Shown in pieces: positions 19,324 through 28,910 of a stretch of DNA of 64,000 bases. The notes beneath the pieces were generated by a model. The model saw only the letters and a program-made list of their open reading frames with translations, was not told where the DNA came from and did not search any database. Numbering within the stretch: the stretch's first letter is position 1; each line of letters starts with the position of its first letter. This stretch comes from a virus (Duplodnaviria > Caudoviricetes). The stretch lies in IMG/VR virus record IMGVR_UViG_3300037590_000079, positions 1-64,000 of that record; one strand, written 5' to 3'. The position numbers and the translations under genes were made by a program.

Positions 19324-20126
19324 CCGAATTCAAGGAAGCCTACGAACAGGCCAGGCGGCACGCGCGCGATCTCTACCCCGAGGAGGCGTGCGGTTTCATC
19401 GTGAAGGGGGAATACGTTCCGGTGAAGAACGTCGCGAGCGACCCGAAAAGCCATGTCGATGATCCCGACGCCTGCACCTGCCGCAAGTGCTGTTTCCGCG
19501 TCGCGAAGAAGGACGTCGCGAAATACCTGCCCGACGCGGATATGTTTCTGCACTCACACCCCGACGGCCCGCTCTACCCGTCGCGCACCGACATGCAGAG
19601 CCAGATCAGCATGGGAATTCCCTGGGGGATCATCGCGCTCGACGAGGAGCGGATCGGGCAGCCCGAGATCTGGGGCGACACGCTGCCGATCCAGCCGCTG
19701 GTCGGCCGCACTTTCCTGCATGGCATCCGCGACTGCTACAGCCTGATCCGCGACGTCTACCGCCTCGGTCGGGAAAGACTGGCGCTCGACGACATCACGC
19801 GGGAATGGCCTTTCGATCCGATCTATCTCGCGGACAAGCCGCGTGATCATGCCTGGTGGGAAATGGATCTCGATTACTACGAGACCGAGCCCGGAAAGTG
19901 GGGCTTCGTCCCGATCGCTCAGCACGAGGCCCAGCCCGGCGACGTGTTCCTGGCCTCGATCCGCGCGAACGGCAAGATCAATCACGGCGGCGTGCTGCTT
20001 TCGAACGACCTGATCCTGCATCATCTGCCGCAGCGCGTGTCGCGCCGCGAGCCCGCCGGCATCTGGGCACGGCACGCGGCCAAGTGGGTGCGCTATGTCG
20101 GCGAGGGTTCGATCCATGCTGTGTGA
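19320..20126 (+). CDS. tail tip assembly protein K (JAB plus NlpC/P60)
   Basis: YPEEACG, HSHPDG..PS..D, DCYSLIRD, NHGGV, LHH. Confidence 0.9.
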   Translation: MTEFKEAYEQARRHARDLYPEEACGFIVKGEYVPVKNVASDPKSHVDDPDACTCRKCCFRVAKKDVAKYLPDADMFLHSHPDGPLYPSRTDMQSQISMGIPWGIIALDEERIGQPEIWGDTLPIQPLVGRTFLHGIRDCYSLIRDVYRLGRERLALDDITREWPFDPIYLADKPRDHAWWEMDLDYYETEPGKWGFVPIAQHEAQPGDVFLASIRANGKINHGGVLLSNDLILHHLPQRVSRREPAGIWARHAAKWVRYVGEGSIHAV

Positions 20127-20790
20127 CGTCCACGTATACGGCAAGCTCGCCGATATCTGCGGCGACACCCTGCGGCTCGATATCGCGACCGCATCGGAAG
20201 CCGTGCAGGCGATCTGCGTGAACTTTCCCGAAGCGGCGAATGTCATTCGTGACGAGTCCTGGACCCTGTTCAGGGGTGACGAGAAGGAGGTCGCGCTCGG
20301 CGAGGAGGCGATCGCGCTTCTGAACCTGGGCGGTCGCTCCGTTCACATCATGCCCGAGGCGATCGGTGCGAAGGAAGGCAACGGGATTCTCAAGGTGGTT
20401 CTCGGCGTGACGCTGATCGCGCTGTCCTTCGGCTCTGCGGCTTTTCTTTCGCAGCCGATTGCCGGCGCTATTCTCGGCCAGACCACCTGGGGGAACGCCA
20501 TCGGCCAGATCGGCGTCGTCATGGCGCTTTCCGGCGTGTCGCAGATGATGGCGCCCGAGAAGAACACCGACGAGGAAGAGACCAAGGAGAGCTTCGTCTT
20601 TTCGGGGCCGCGCGGCACCGTCGGGCAGGGGAACGCCGTGCCGGTGATCTACGGCGAGGTGATTACGTCGGGTGTTCTCGTATCCGCCGGTGTCGATGCC
20701 GAAGACATGCTCCCCGTCGAGGATAACGGCACCATCGAGCCCGGCAATACCGCGCCGACATTCCCGCGCCCCGCGCTCGGGCAGAGGTGA
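20116..20790 (+). CDS. tail assembly protein I
   Basis: VYGKLA...EAVQAI...QGNAVPVIYGE. Confidence 0.85.
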   Translation: MLCDVHVYGKLADICGDTLRLDIATASEAVQAICVNFPEAANVIRDESWTLFRGDEKEVALGEEAIALLNLGGRSVHIMPEAIGAKEGNGILKVVLGVTLIALSFGSAAFLSQPIAGAILGQTTWGNAIGQIGVVMALSGVSQMMAPEKNTDEEETKESFVFSGPRGTVGQGNAVPVIYGEVITSGVLVSAGVDAEDMLPVEDNGTIEPGNTAPTFPRPALGQR

Positions 20791-20794
20791 TCTC

Positions 20795-23700
20795 ATGACC
20801 GAACACATCAAGAAGCCCGCTCGGGATATCGAAGGTCGCGGCGGCGGGGGCGGCAAGAAGGGCGGCAGCGCCGGGTCCGACGCCGAGAACACGCTGCGCT
20901 CCAATTCCAAGGCGCGCATGGTCGAGCTGCTCTCGGAAGGCCCGATCGAGGGGCTCGTGAATGGCGCGCAGTCGATCTATTTCGACCGCACCCCGCTTGA
21001 GAACAGCGACGGCAGCACGAATTTCGAAGGCGTGATCTGGGAAGAGCGCAAGGGCCTTCCCGACGACGAGCATCTTCAGGGGCACGGCGCTGTCGAGCAG
21101 ATCAATCCCGTCGGTGTCGAAGTGACCCAGGCCGTCGGCCGCGTGACGCGCGAGATCACCGATCCCGAGGTCGATGCCGTCCGTATGGTCATCCAGCTCA
21201 ATTCGCTCTTCAAGGTCGATTCGAACGGCAATCTTCAGCGCTTCAGCGTCGGATATGCGATTGACGTCCAGTCCTACGGCGGCGCCTGGCAGACCCTTCA
21301 CACTCAGAACATCCAGTCCCAGAAGACCACGTCGCCCTACCAGCTCGCCCACAAGATCAAGCTGCCCGTGGGTGGTGCGCCCTGGAAGATTTCGGTTCGG
21401 CGCACGACACCCGATGACGCGAACGACCGCGAGGCGAGCGACTTTTCCTGGCAGAGCTATGTCGCCCTGAAAGAGGGCAAGTTCACCTATCCCCACAGCG
21501 CCCTGGTGGGTATCGAGGTGGATGCCGAAAGCCTCGGCCAGAACGCACCGCCCCGGACCTATCACCTGAAAGGGCGCATCATCGACGTGCCCAGCAATTA
21601 CGATCCGGAGACCCGGACCTACTCGGGCATCTGGGACGGCACGTTCAAGTCCGCCTATTCGAACAACCCCGCCTGGATCTTCAATGACGCGGTCACGCAC
21701 GACCGCTACGGCCTGGGTGAGTTCGTCGATCAGTCGATGATGAACAAGTGGACCCTCTACCAGATCGGCCAGTATTGCGACGAGGCGGTGCCGTCTGGCT
21801 TCACAGACGGCGCCGGAGACATGGTCTATGAGCCGCGCTTCACCTTCAACGCGCAAATCCGCGACCGCAGAGAGGCGTATTACGCGCTTCAGACGATCTC
21901 GCGTGCCTTCCGTGGCATGGGGTTCTGGTCGCTCGGGCAGGTCTTCGCATCGGCCGACATGCCGGCTGATCCGGTCAAGCTGGTGACGCCTGCCAATGTC
22001 ATCGAGGGGCGGTTCAACTACTCGAATACGGCCATGAAGGCGCGGCACACCGTCGCCATCGTGCGCTTCAACGATCCCGTCAATCACTTCACCCCGACGA
22101 CCGAACTGGTGATCCACGAGGAAGGGCTGAAGCGCTTCGGCTGGCGCGAAAAGCGCCTCGACTTCGAGGGATGCTCGTCGCGCGGACTGGCACGCCGCTA
22201 CGGAAAATGGGTGCTCGATACCGAGCAGAACGAGATCGAGACGGTCGAATACAAGGCCGGCTTCGATCATATCGACGTCAAGCCGGGCGACATCGTCACG
22301 ATCCTCGATCCCCGCAAGACCTCGATCCGCCGCGGTGGCCGGATCAAGGGGCACGACACCTCGACCAACAAGGTGACGCTCGACGCGCCCGTGACGCTCG
22401 ACGCGCAGGTGACTTATACGCTGAAGCTGGTCAACGATGCAGGCGAGATCGTCGATTTCCCCGTCTCCGAGACAGGCGAGGTGAGCGAGATCGATATCGG
22501 CGCGACCGCGCACAGCTTCTCTCCGGCCGCCGTCTTCATCATGACGGGGTCCGATCTCAAGCCCCGTCCGTTTCGCGTCGTGTCGATGGATGAGACCGAG
22601 GAGAATATCTTCCAGATCACGGCGCTTGAGCACGATCCCACGAAATACGCGCGCGTCGAGCAGAATATCAGCTTCGATCCGCCGCCCTATTACGCGCACC
22701 CCGCGATCAAGGCGCCGAAAAATCTCACTGCCGACGAGATCGCCTATATCAGCTCCGAGCGGGTGCGGACCAAAATCCGCCTCTCCTGGGAGAGACCCGA
22801 AGGCATCGCGGTTCGCGAATACGTGATCCGTGTCAACTCGGAGACGGAGTTCAACGCCAACGTCGCCGCGACACCCGCGACGAATTTCGACCTGGAAGGC
22901 TACGAGCCGGGCGATTACGTGTTCGGCGTTCAGGCGATCGACAGACGCGGCCATATCTCCAAGGTTGCGGAAGTCAGCATCACGGTTCTGGGTGCAAGCG
23001 CGCTCAGCAATGGCGAGGTGCAGGATCTCGAACTCGAAGAGAACCCCGGCGGATCGAACTTCACCGGCAAGGATGTGAAGATCGCGTGGAAGAACATCTT
23101 TCCGCAGACATCCGAGGATGCACAGCAGACGCAAGAGGGCTCGCCCACCTATTCGCACAACCTCGTCGAGGTCTATGACGACGACACCAACACGCTGCTC
23201 AGATCGGCACGCGTGAGCGGCGAGCGCTACGTCTACTCCTTCGAGGAAAACGAAGCGGACTCCATCGATAAGCTCTTCGCGGGCGCGCGGCGCAGCCTGC
23301 GCTTCAGCGTGTCGGTTCACACCATGTCGGGCGGTGCTTCCAGCCCGGTCACACTGAGCGTGTCGAACGCGCCACCCACGGCTGTCTCTCCGGTCGTGAC
23401 CGTCAATACCAATCAGATCGGCATTTCCGCACCGCAGGAGGTGGATAACGATTTCGCCGGTATGAAGGTGTGGATCGAGGAAGTCAGCGGCTTCGACGAG
23501 AGCCTGAAGACGCCGAAATACAACGGGCCGTCGAATTACACCTCGTGGTCGGGGGCCTATGGCAGAACCTACCACGTCAAGGCCGGCTATCGCGATCTCT
23601 TCGATGACACCTATACGATCACGCCTGAAGTGACCGTCATCACCGAGGCGAGCGCGATCGGGGCCGAGCCTGCCGTGCCGGCCAATCTCGTCGTGACCTC

Positions 23701-26317
23701 TGAACTCGCCGGTAACGGCCTGGCCCGGCTGATCGCCGACTGGGACGACAATTCCGAAAGCTGGGTGACGGGTTACGAGCTGACCTTCACGCAAGGGTCG
23801 AATGTCACGACGGCCGTGGTGAACGTGAGTCATTACGAGACCCTTGTCGAGCGCGGGGCCGATATCGATGTCACCGTGAAGGCGATCGGCCCCTTCGGCG
23901 GCAAGTCCGATGAAACCAGCGCCGTCTCGATCACCACGGCCACGGACACGGGCGCCCCGGCGACACCGGGCACGATCACCGTGACCAGCGGCTTCGAGAC
24001 CCTCTGGCTGCAATGGCCGAAGAACACCGAAGAGGATCTCTCGCATTACGAGCTGAGCGTGAACTATAGCCCCAATACGGGTCAGAATTACATCGATCCG
24101 TCTCTGATCCAGCCTGATTTCATTGCGCAGGGTGAAAGTTTCGCGATCACCGGGATCTATGACGGCTCTTCGCGCTACATCATGCTGCGTGCCGTCGATA
24201 CCTCGGGGAACGTGTCGCCCTGGACCTCGGAGATCCAGGCGACACCGACCAGCCTGCCCGATACCGTCGGGCAGGAACAGATCATCGCCTACACCGCGAA
24301 CATCAAGGACGCGGTTATCACCGATGCCAAGATCGCGAACCTGAGCGCGGCGAAGCTGGCGGCCGGCACGGCGATCGCGAACAGCATCACGGTGGACGGC
24401 ACGGCCCTGGGCACGGTCAACAGCCGCGCGGCCAATCCCGCGGCGCGGATCAATACCGGCACCACGCAGATCGATCCGGGCAAGATCGTTATCTCGGGCA
24501 GCACCTCGCTGGCCGACTGGCGCGGCAGCGACACGACCACGATCGACGGCGGCAAGATCGAGACGAACTCCATCCGGGCCGACCAGATCATCGTCGGTGA
24601 CTTCACGAACTTCGCGGACGGATCGGATTTCGAGACGCCGGCCGCGAACCCCTGGATCTTCAACGACATCAACACGGGGATTGGATCCACGGAGTCGCGG
24701 TCGGGCAGCTGGTCGATGCAGATCGGCCCGACCGCGACACTCGCGAAGCGCGCGGAACTCGCCAAGAAGATCCGGCTCATCGAGGGCGCGGAGATTGTTC
24801 TGCGCGCCTGGATCCATCCCGACGCGAGTTTCGACGGAACGAGCGCGTCCGAGTTCCGTTTTTACGACCAGATGAGCAATCTTCTGGCGTCCTTTCCCTT
24901 CGACTCTATGGCTACCGGGGAATGGACGGGTTTCGTGCGCAACGTCTCAGTGCCGACGGATACGCAGGAAATCTCCGTCGAGATCTGGACCGACAACGCC
25001 GCGGGAAACGTCTACATCGACGACATCGAGATCTTCCGCAAGGTCTCCGGCGACATGATCGTCAACGGATCCGTCACCGTGAACTCCCTCGCGGCGGGCG
25101 TGCTTTCCGCCGACAATATCGTCGCTGGCACGATGAGTGTCGCGCGGCTCGCGGTTGATGACATCCTGGAAATCTCCGCGGCAAATTCCGGGTTTTCCAT
25201 GTCGAAAACCAGCGCCTATGACGTGACCGTTGACGGCGTCTACATGGGTCGCACGCTGGAAGAGGATGGATCGGTCGGCTTCGGGCTGTCGATGTCGAAG
25301 ACGACCGATTCCGGCGCCGTCCAGAGCTTGCAGGCCACCGAGGGCACCGGGCTGCGCATCCAGAATGCGAGCTTCGTCCGCGAGCTTTCCACGCCGTCGA
25401 GCCCCACGATGTATACCTCGACGCAGACGATCTCCCTGGCTGCCGCGACAAAGTCCATTTCGCTCGACATGATCGGTGCAGGCGGCGGCGGGGCAGGGGG
25501 CTCGACCAGCACGCCGGGTGGTGACGGTCAGGACACGACGGTTGTTCTCAAGGACGGAACGACCGTAATCAAGACATGGGTCGTGGAAGGCGGCGCAGGG
25601 GCGACCGGAACTGCCATCTACGGCGGTGGTCAGGCGGGCGAAAGCTCGCCCTGGGGTGTCGGCGGGCCGGGCGGCGATTACGCGAAATATTACGTCTCCG
25701 ATGGCGGAGGAGAGTCGGGAAGTCCGACCTATGTGAGCGAGCCCGCCACACCCGGCGGAAACGGCTCGGGCTACGGTTCGGGCGGCGGCGGTGGCGGCCA
25801 CGCCACGCAGAACAATCCCTATGGCGGCCGGGGCGGCAAGTCCGGCTCGTTCGTCAGCGTGATGGATTATGACGTCTCGACCCTCACGGATCCCAAGCTG
25901 GAAATCACCATCGGCACCGGCGGCCAGGGCGTCATCGGTGGGAACGCGAACGGTGGCAACGGTGCGCCCGGCAGGGTCGATGTGACCGAGATCGAGACCG
26001 TTCCGGTCGTCTCGGATGTGATCCCGATCGAGCCCACCTTCATCGGCCAGTTCAACAGCGATTTCATGGGCGCGAGCACCAACCAGAAGATTCCCGCGGA
26101 TCACGGTGCCGGCTTCTATGTGATCTGGACGAACGATCTCTACACCGGAAGCATGGAGCTTGGCTTTCTCGACGTCGATGATATTTCCGGCTCGGTCAAT
26201 ATCGGCGCGTTCGACAGGACGATCGCCTTCGTCTCGAACAAGACGCCGGTCGTGACGAATTCCCAGCGCGGATACGATCGCACCCTTCATTACAAGTTCT
26301 ACAAGATGGGAGCGTGA
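20795..26317 (+). CDS. tail tip protein J (host specificity) with an extended C-terminus
   Basis: LLSEGPIEGL, YSNNPAWI, EPRFTFN, FN3-like segments; C-terminal carbohydrate-binding-like and glycine-rich regions. Confidence 0.92.
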   Translation: MTEHIKKPARDIEGRGGGGGKKGGSAGSDAENTLRSNSKARMVELLSEGPIEGLVNGAQSIYFDRTPLENSDGSTNFEGVIWEERKGLPDDEHLQGHGAVEQINPVGVEVTQAVGRVTREITDPEVDAVRMVIQLNSLFKVDSNGNLQRFSVGYAIDVQSYGGAWQTLHTQNIQSQKTTSPYQLAHKIKLPVGGAPWKISVRRTTPDDANDREASDFSWQSYVALKEGKFTYPHSALVGIEVDAESLGQNAPPRTYHLKGRIIDVPSNYDPETRTYSGIWDGTFKSAYSNNPAWIFNDAVTHDRYGLGEFVDQSMMNKWTLYQIGQYCDEAVPSGFTDGAGDMVYEPRFTFNAQIRDRREAYYALQTISRAFRGMGFWSLGQVFASADMPADPVKLVTPANVIEGRFNYSNTAMKARHTVAIVRFNDPVNHFTPTTELVIHEEGLKRFGWREKRLDFEGCSSRGLARRYGKWVLDTEQNEIETVEYKAGFDHIDVKPGDIVTILDPRKTSIRRGGRIKGHDTSTNKVTLDAPVTLDAQVTYTLKLVNDAGEIVDFPVSETGEVSEIDIGATAHSFSPAAVFIMTGSDLKPRPFRVVSMDETEENIFQITALEHDPTKYARVEQNISFDPPPYYAHPAIKAPKNLTADEIAYISSERVRTKIRLSWERPEGIAVREYVIRVNSETEFNANVAATPATNFDLEGYEPGDYVFGVQAIDRRGHISKVAEVSITVLGASALSNGEVQDLELEENPGGSNFTGKDVKIAWKNIFPQTSEDAQQTQEGSPTYSHNLVEVYDDDTNTLLRSARVSGERYVYSFEENEADSIDKLFAGARRSLRFSVSVHTMSGGASSPVTLSVSNAPPTAVSPVVTVNTNQIGISAPQEVDNDFAGMKVWIEEVSGFDESLKTPKYNGPSNYTSWSGAYGRTYHVKAGYRDLFDDTYTITPEVTVITEASAIGAEPAVPANLVVTSELAGNGLARLIADWDDNSESWVTGYELTFTQGSNVTTAVVNVSHYETLVERGADIDVTVKAIGPFGGKSDETSAVSITTATDTGAPATPGTITVTSGFETLWLQWPKNTEEDLSHYELSVNYSPNTGQNYIDPSLIQPDFIAQGESFAITGIYDGSSRYIMLRAVDTSGNVSPWTSEIQATPTSLPDTVGQEQIIAYTANIKDAVITDAKIANLSAAKLAAGTAIANSITVDGTALGTVNSRAANPAARINTGTTQIDPGKIVISGSTSLADWRGSDTTTIDGGKIETNSIRADQIIVGDFTNFADGSDFETPAANPWIFNDINTGIGSTESRSGSWSMQIGPTATLAKRAELAKKIRLIEGAEIVLRAWIHPDASFDGTSASEFRFYDQMSNLLASFPFDSMATGEWTGFVRNVSVPTDTQEISVEIWTDNAAGNVYIDDIEIFRKVSGDMIVNGSVTVNSLAAGVLSADNIVAGTMSVARLAVDDILEISAANSGFSMSKTSAYDVTVDGVYMGRTLEEDGSVGFGLSMSKTTDSGAVQSLQATEGTGLRIQNASFVRELSTPSSPTMYTSTQTISLAAATKSISLDMIGAGGGGAGGSTSTPGGDGQDTTVVLKDGTTVIKTWVVEGGAGATGTAIYGGGQAGESSPWGVGGPGGDYAKYYVSDGGGESGSPTYVSEPATPGGNGSGYGSGGGGGGHATQNNPYGGRGGKSGSFVSVMDYDVSTLTDPKLEITIGTGGQGVIGGNANGGNGAPGRVDVTEIETVPVVSDVIPIEPTFIGQFNSDFMGASTNQKIPADHGAGFYVIWTNDLYTGSMELGFLDVDDISGSVNIGAFDRTIAFVSNKTPVVTNSQRGYDRTLHYKFYKMGA

Positions 26318-26318
26318 C

Positions 26319-26867
26319 ATGCTGGTCTATCACGACACCGACGGGAATATCACCCTGACCCTGAAAGGTCCGAAACACCTCGCTCCGCAGGGTGACTTCA
26401 TCGAGGTCGATGACGCGACGGTCATCGATCCGATCTCCGCATACAAGATCGAGAATGGAGCCGTGGTCCTCAAGACCATCGAGCCGCGCAGGAAAAGCGC
26501 GATCCTGGCCGTGAACAAGCGCATCGAAAGGGAGCGCACCGTCTATACCACCGACATATCCGGCCAGGAAATGATCTACCGGGAAAAGGAGAACGAGGCG
26601 CGGCTTTACGTCACCCTCGATCCCGAGCCCGCGACGCTTGAAGACTTCCCCTTCATCGCGCAGGAAGTGGGCAAGACCGGAGACACGGCATACGAGGTCG
26701 CGCAGGTCTATCTGAACCTCGCCGCGCAGTGGAAACAGATCGGATCCGCGCTCGAAGGTCTGCGTATCTATGCCATCAATCAGATCAGATCCGCCACGAC
26801 CGAACAGGAGATCGACCAGGCTCTCGACAGCTTCGAAGGTGAAATCGACGCACTAGGACCGTCATGA
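26319..26867 (+). CDS. tail fibre-associated/assembly protein
   Basis: GQEMIYREKENEAR...FPFIAQE motif; follows the J gene. Confidence 0.6.
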   Translation: MLVYHDTDGNITLTLKGPKHLAPQGDFIEVDDATVIDPISAYKIENGAVVLKTIEPRRKSAILAVNKRIERERTVYTTDISGQEMIYREKENEARLYVTLDPEPATLEDFPFIAQEVGKTGDTAYEVAQVYLNLAAQWKQIGSALEGLRIYAINQIRSATTEQEIDQALDSFEGEIDALGPS

Positions 26868-26944
26868 TTGCAAAATGCGGTCCCATGAGTTAGGTAAGTG
26901 GTGACTTATGCCCAGAGATAGAAAAGGCGAGCGAAGGAAACGCG

Positions 26945-27289
26945 ATGAATCAATACGAGCGTGACGAGATTGGTCAACTGCGATCCTACCTCAACAAGAT
27001 GGTATTCGGGGCGACGGGTGCGGCACTCACCGTCGGTCTCGCCCTCGGCGGTTTCAGCATCAAGCAGCAGATGCAGATCACCACTGCAAAGGCGCTTGCC
27101 GAAAGCGCCGTGAAAACCTCCGACGAGAACAGAGAGGACATCAAGACGCTCACCTCGAAATTCTCCGACATGAACGGCGTGCTCGAAGGGGTTCGCTCCG
27201 AGCTTGGCGCGCAGCGCCGGGCCGTCGAGGCGATGAACGAAAGCGTCGCCGAACTGACGCGGTATCTCAGGGGAGGCAACATCAAGTGA
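26945..27289 (+). CDS. membrane protein with coiled coil (lysis cassette; holin/antiholin-like)
   Basis: One hydrophobic segment then a coiled coil; operator at 26891-26908 upstream. Confidence 0.5.
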   Translation: MNQYERDEIGQLRSYLNKMVFGATGAALTVGLALGGFSIKQQMQITTAKALAESAVKTSDENREDIKTLTSKFSDMNGVLEGVRSELGAQRRAVEAMNESVAELTRYLRGGNIK

Positions 27290-27507
27290 AGCTGCTGCCC
27301 GACTGGCGCGAGATCATCCGCGACGCATGGTCGATCCGCCTCATCATCATTGCCGGCATTCTCAGCGGCCTGGAGGTCGCGATTGCCCTGACCGGCCCCG
27401 CGCTTTTCGGAATCAGGCCCGGCACGTTCGCGGCGCTTTCCGGGCTCGTCACGATGGCAGCCTTCGTCGCGCGGCTCATTGCACAGAAGGAAAACGACGA
27501 TGGGTGA
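27286..27507 (+). CDS. holin (putative)
   Basis: 73 aa with two TM segments, immediately before the endolysin. Confidence 0.7.
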   Translation: MKLLPDWREIIRDAWSIRLIIIAGILSGLEVAIALTGPALFGIRPGTFAALSGLVTMAAFVARLIAQKENDDG

Positions 27508-28069
27508 CGGTCACGATCCCAGGAAGAGAAAGAAGACGCAAGGCCCCGTCAAGCGCGCAGGGGTTGCGGGAATGGCCGCGACCATCGCGTTCGTCGGTGG
27601 CTGGGAGGGGCTGCGCCTGCAAGCCTACAAGGACTCGGTCGGCGTGCCGACGGTCTGCTACGGCGAGACGCGCGGCGTGGAAATGGGCGACAGCTACACC
27701 AAGGCCCAGTGCGACGCCATGCTGGTCGCGGCGCTCGCCGAGTTCGAGGCAGGAGTCTCGAACTGCATCGATCCCTGGCGCGACCTGCCGGTGAACACCC
27801 AGATCGCCCTGGTCTCCTGGGCCTACAATGTCGGCATCGGCGCGGCCTGCGGCTCGACCGCCGTCAAGCGATTCAACCGGGGTGACTACGTTGCCGCCTG
27901 CGACGCGATCACCTGGTTCCGGAAGGGCACGATCGGCGGGGTCAAGGTCGTGATCCCCGGCCTCGTGAACCGGCGCTCCGCGGAATACAACCTGTGCGTC
28001 GAGGATCTGGATCAGCCAAGAGTCGCTGAGACGCTCACACAGTCGCGCTACGGGTCGCAGAGCACATGA
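27500..28069 (+). CDS. GH24 lysozyme endolysin, possibly SAR-type
   Basis: E-X8-D-X5-T triad (EGLRLQAYKDSVGVPT), CYGET, GLVNRR; Gly/Ala-rich N-terminal segment. Confidence 0.92.
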   Translation: MGDGHDPRKRKKTQGPVKRAGVAGMAATIAFVGGWEGLRLQAYKDSVGVPTVCYGETRGVEMGDSYTKAQCDAMLVAALAEFEAGVSNCIDPWRDLPVNTQIALVSWAYNVGIGAACGSTAVKRFNRGDYVAACDAITWFRKGTIGGVKVVIPGLVNRRSAEYNLCVEDLDQPRVAETLTQSRYGSQST

Positions 28070-28488
28070 CAGCGCTGAAGATGCCTGGCGCGCTCCTGTG
28101 CGCTTCTCTGTCGCTCTCAGCGTGCAGCCCTATCGATGCGCTCGGGGCTTTCACGGGCAGCGGGGTCAATACTGCTGCGGCCGTCGATCTTCAGGCGGGC
28201 AAGAACAACGCCGATACCAGCGTCGGTGACTCGACCGTGGTCGATCAGCGGGTGACGCGGCCGAAGGCGCGCGACATCGAGCAGTCCACCGGTGACACCA
28301 AGCTGCGGACCGAGAGAATTCACACCGTTCGCATCGAGGAGAAGGACAGCTCGTGGCTTATCCTCGCGCTGGCGCTCGCCGCAGCTCTGGCCGGTGCGAG
28401 CTTTGTCTATGGCTGGCTGAGCTCCTCTCCGCGCGAGCGTAAACTTCAGCGCCGGATCGGTGAACTTGAGAAAACGGCACGGGAGTGA
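28066..28488 (+). CDS. unimolecular spanin (putative)
   Basis: Lipobox LSAC, beta-rich middle region, C-terminal TM helix. Confidence 0.7.
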   Translation: MTALKMPGALLCASLSLSACSPIDALGAFTGSGVNTAAAVDLQAGKNNADTSVGDSTVVDQRVTRPKARDIEQSTGDTKLRTERIHTVRIEEKDSSWLILALALAAALAGASFVYGWLSSSPRERKLQRRIGELEKTARE

Positions 28489-28496
28489 GCAGGATG

Positions 28497-28574
28497 TTCC
28501 CGAGCCGCGCTGTATCTATATCTAAATAGATAGCTAGCTAAGAAAGTATTATATGATACAGCGCGGCTCGGGAA
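28497..28574. repeat. Inverted repeat element IR2 (20-bp perfect arms, 38-bp AT-rich core)
   Basis: TTCCCGAGCCGCGCTGTATC (28497-28516) / GATACAGCGCGGCTCGGGAA (28555-28574); arm sequence shared with IR1. Confidence 0.95.
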
Positions 28575-28825
28575 AAACACGCGATGAGGATTTCGCCAGG
28601 GTCTACAATGACGTCAAGACCTATCCGGCTCTGAAAGACGTCGCGGATCATTTCTCCTGCTCCGTGAAATCGGTGCGCAGACACGCTGTCCGGATCAGGA
28701 AGCGCGCGCGTTCCGACAAGTCCACTCCGCGGTTGATCAACCGCGTCGAACTCAAGACACCGCCGAGACCGAGCAGCATGTCCGAGCGCGAATTGCGCCG
28801 GTTGCGGAGGCTCATGCGGTCCTGA
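28553..28825 (+). CDS. small basic HTH-like protein
   Basis: LKDVADHFSCSVKSVRRH; the start codon overlaps the IR2 arm. Confidence 0.5.
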   Translation: MIQRGSGKTRDEDFARVYNDVKTYPALKDVADHFSCSVKSVRRHAVRIRKRARSDKSTPRLINRVELKTPPRPSSMSERELRRLRRLMRS

Positions 28826-28910
28826 AATTCCGCGTCAAGTCAAAGTCATCCCTTACTTATTTTCCGGATTTGCGATATCCTTCCGAAAACACGGTTCAAT
28901 CGGAGAAGAC

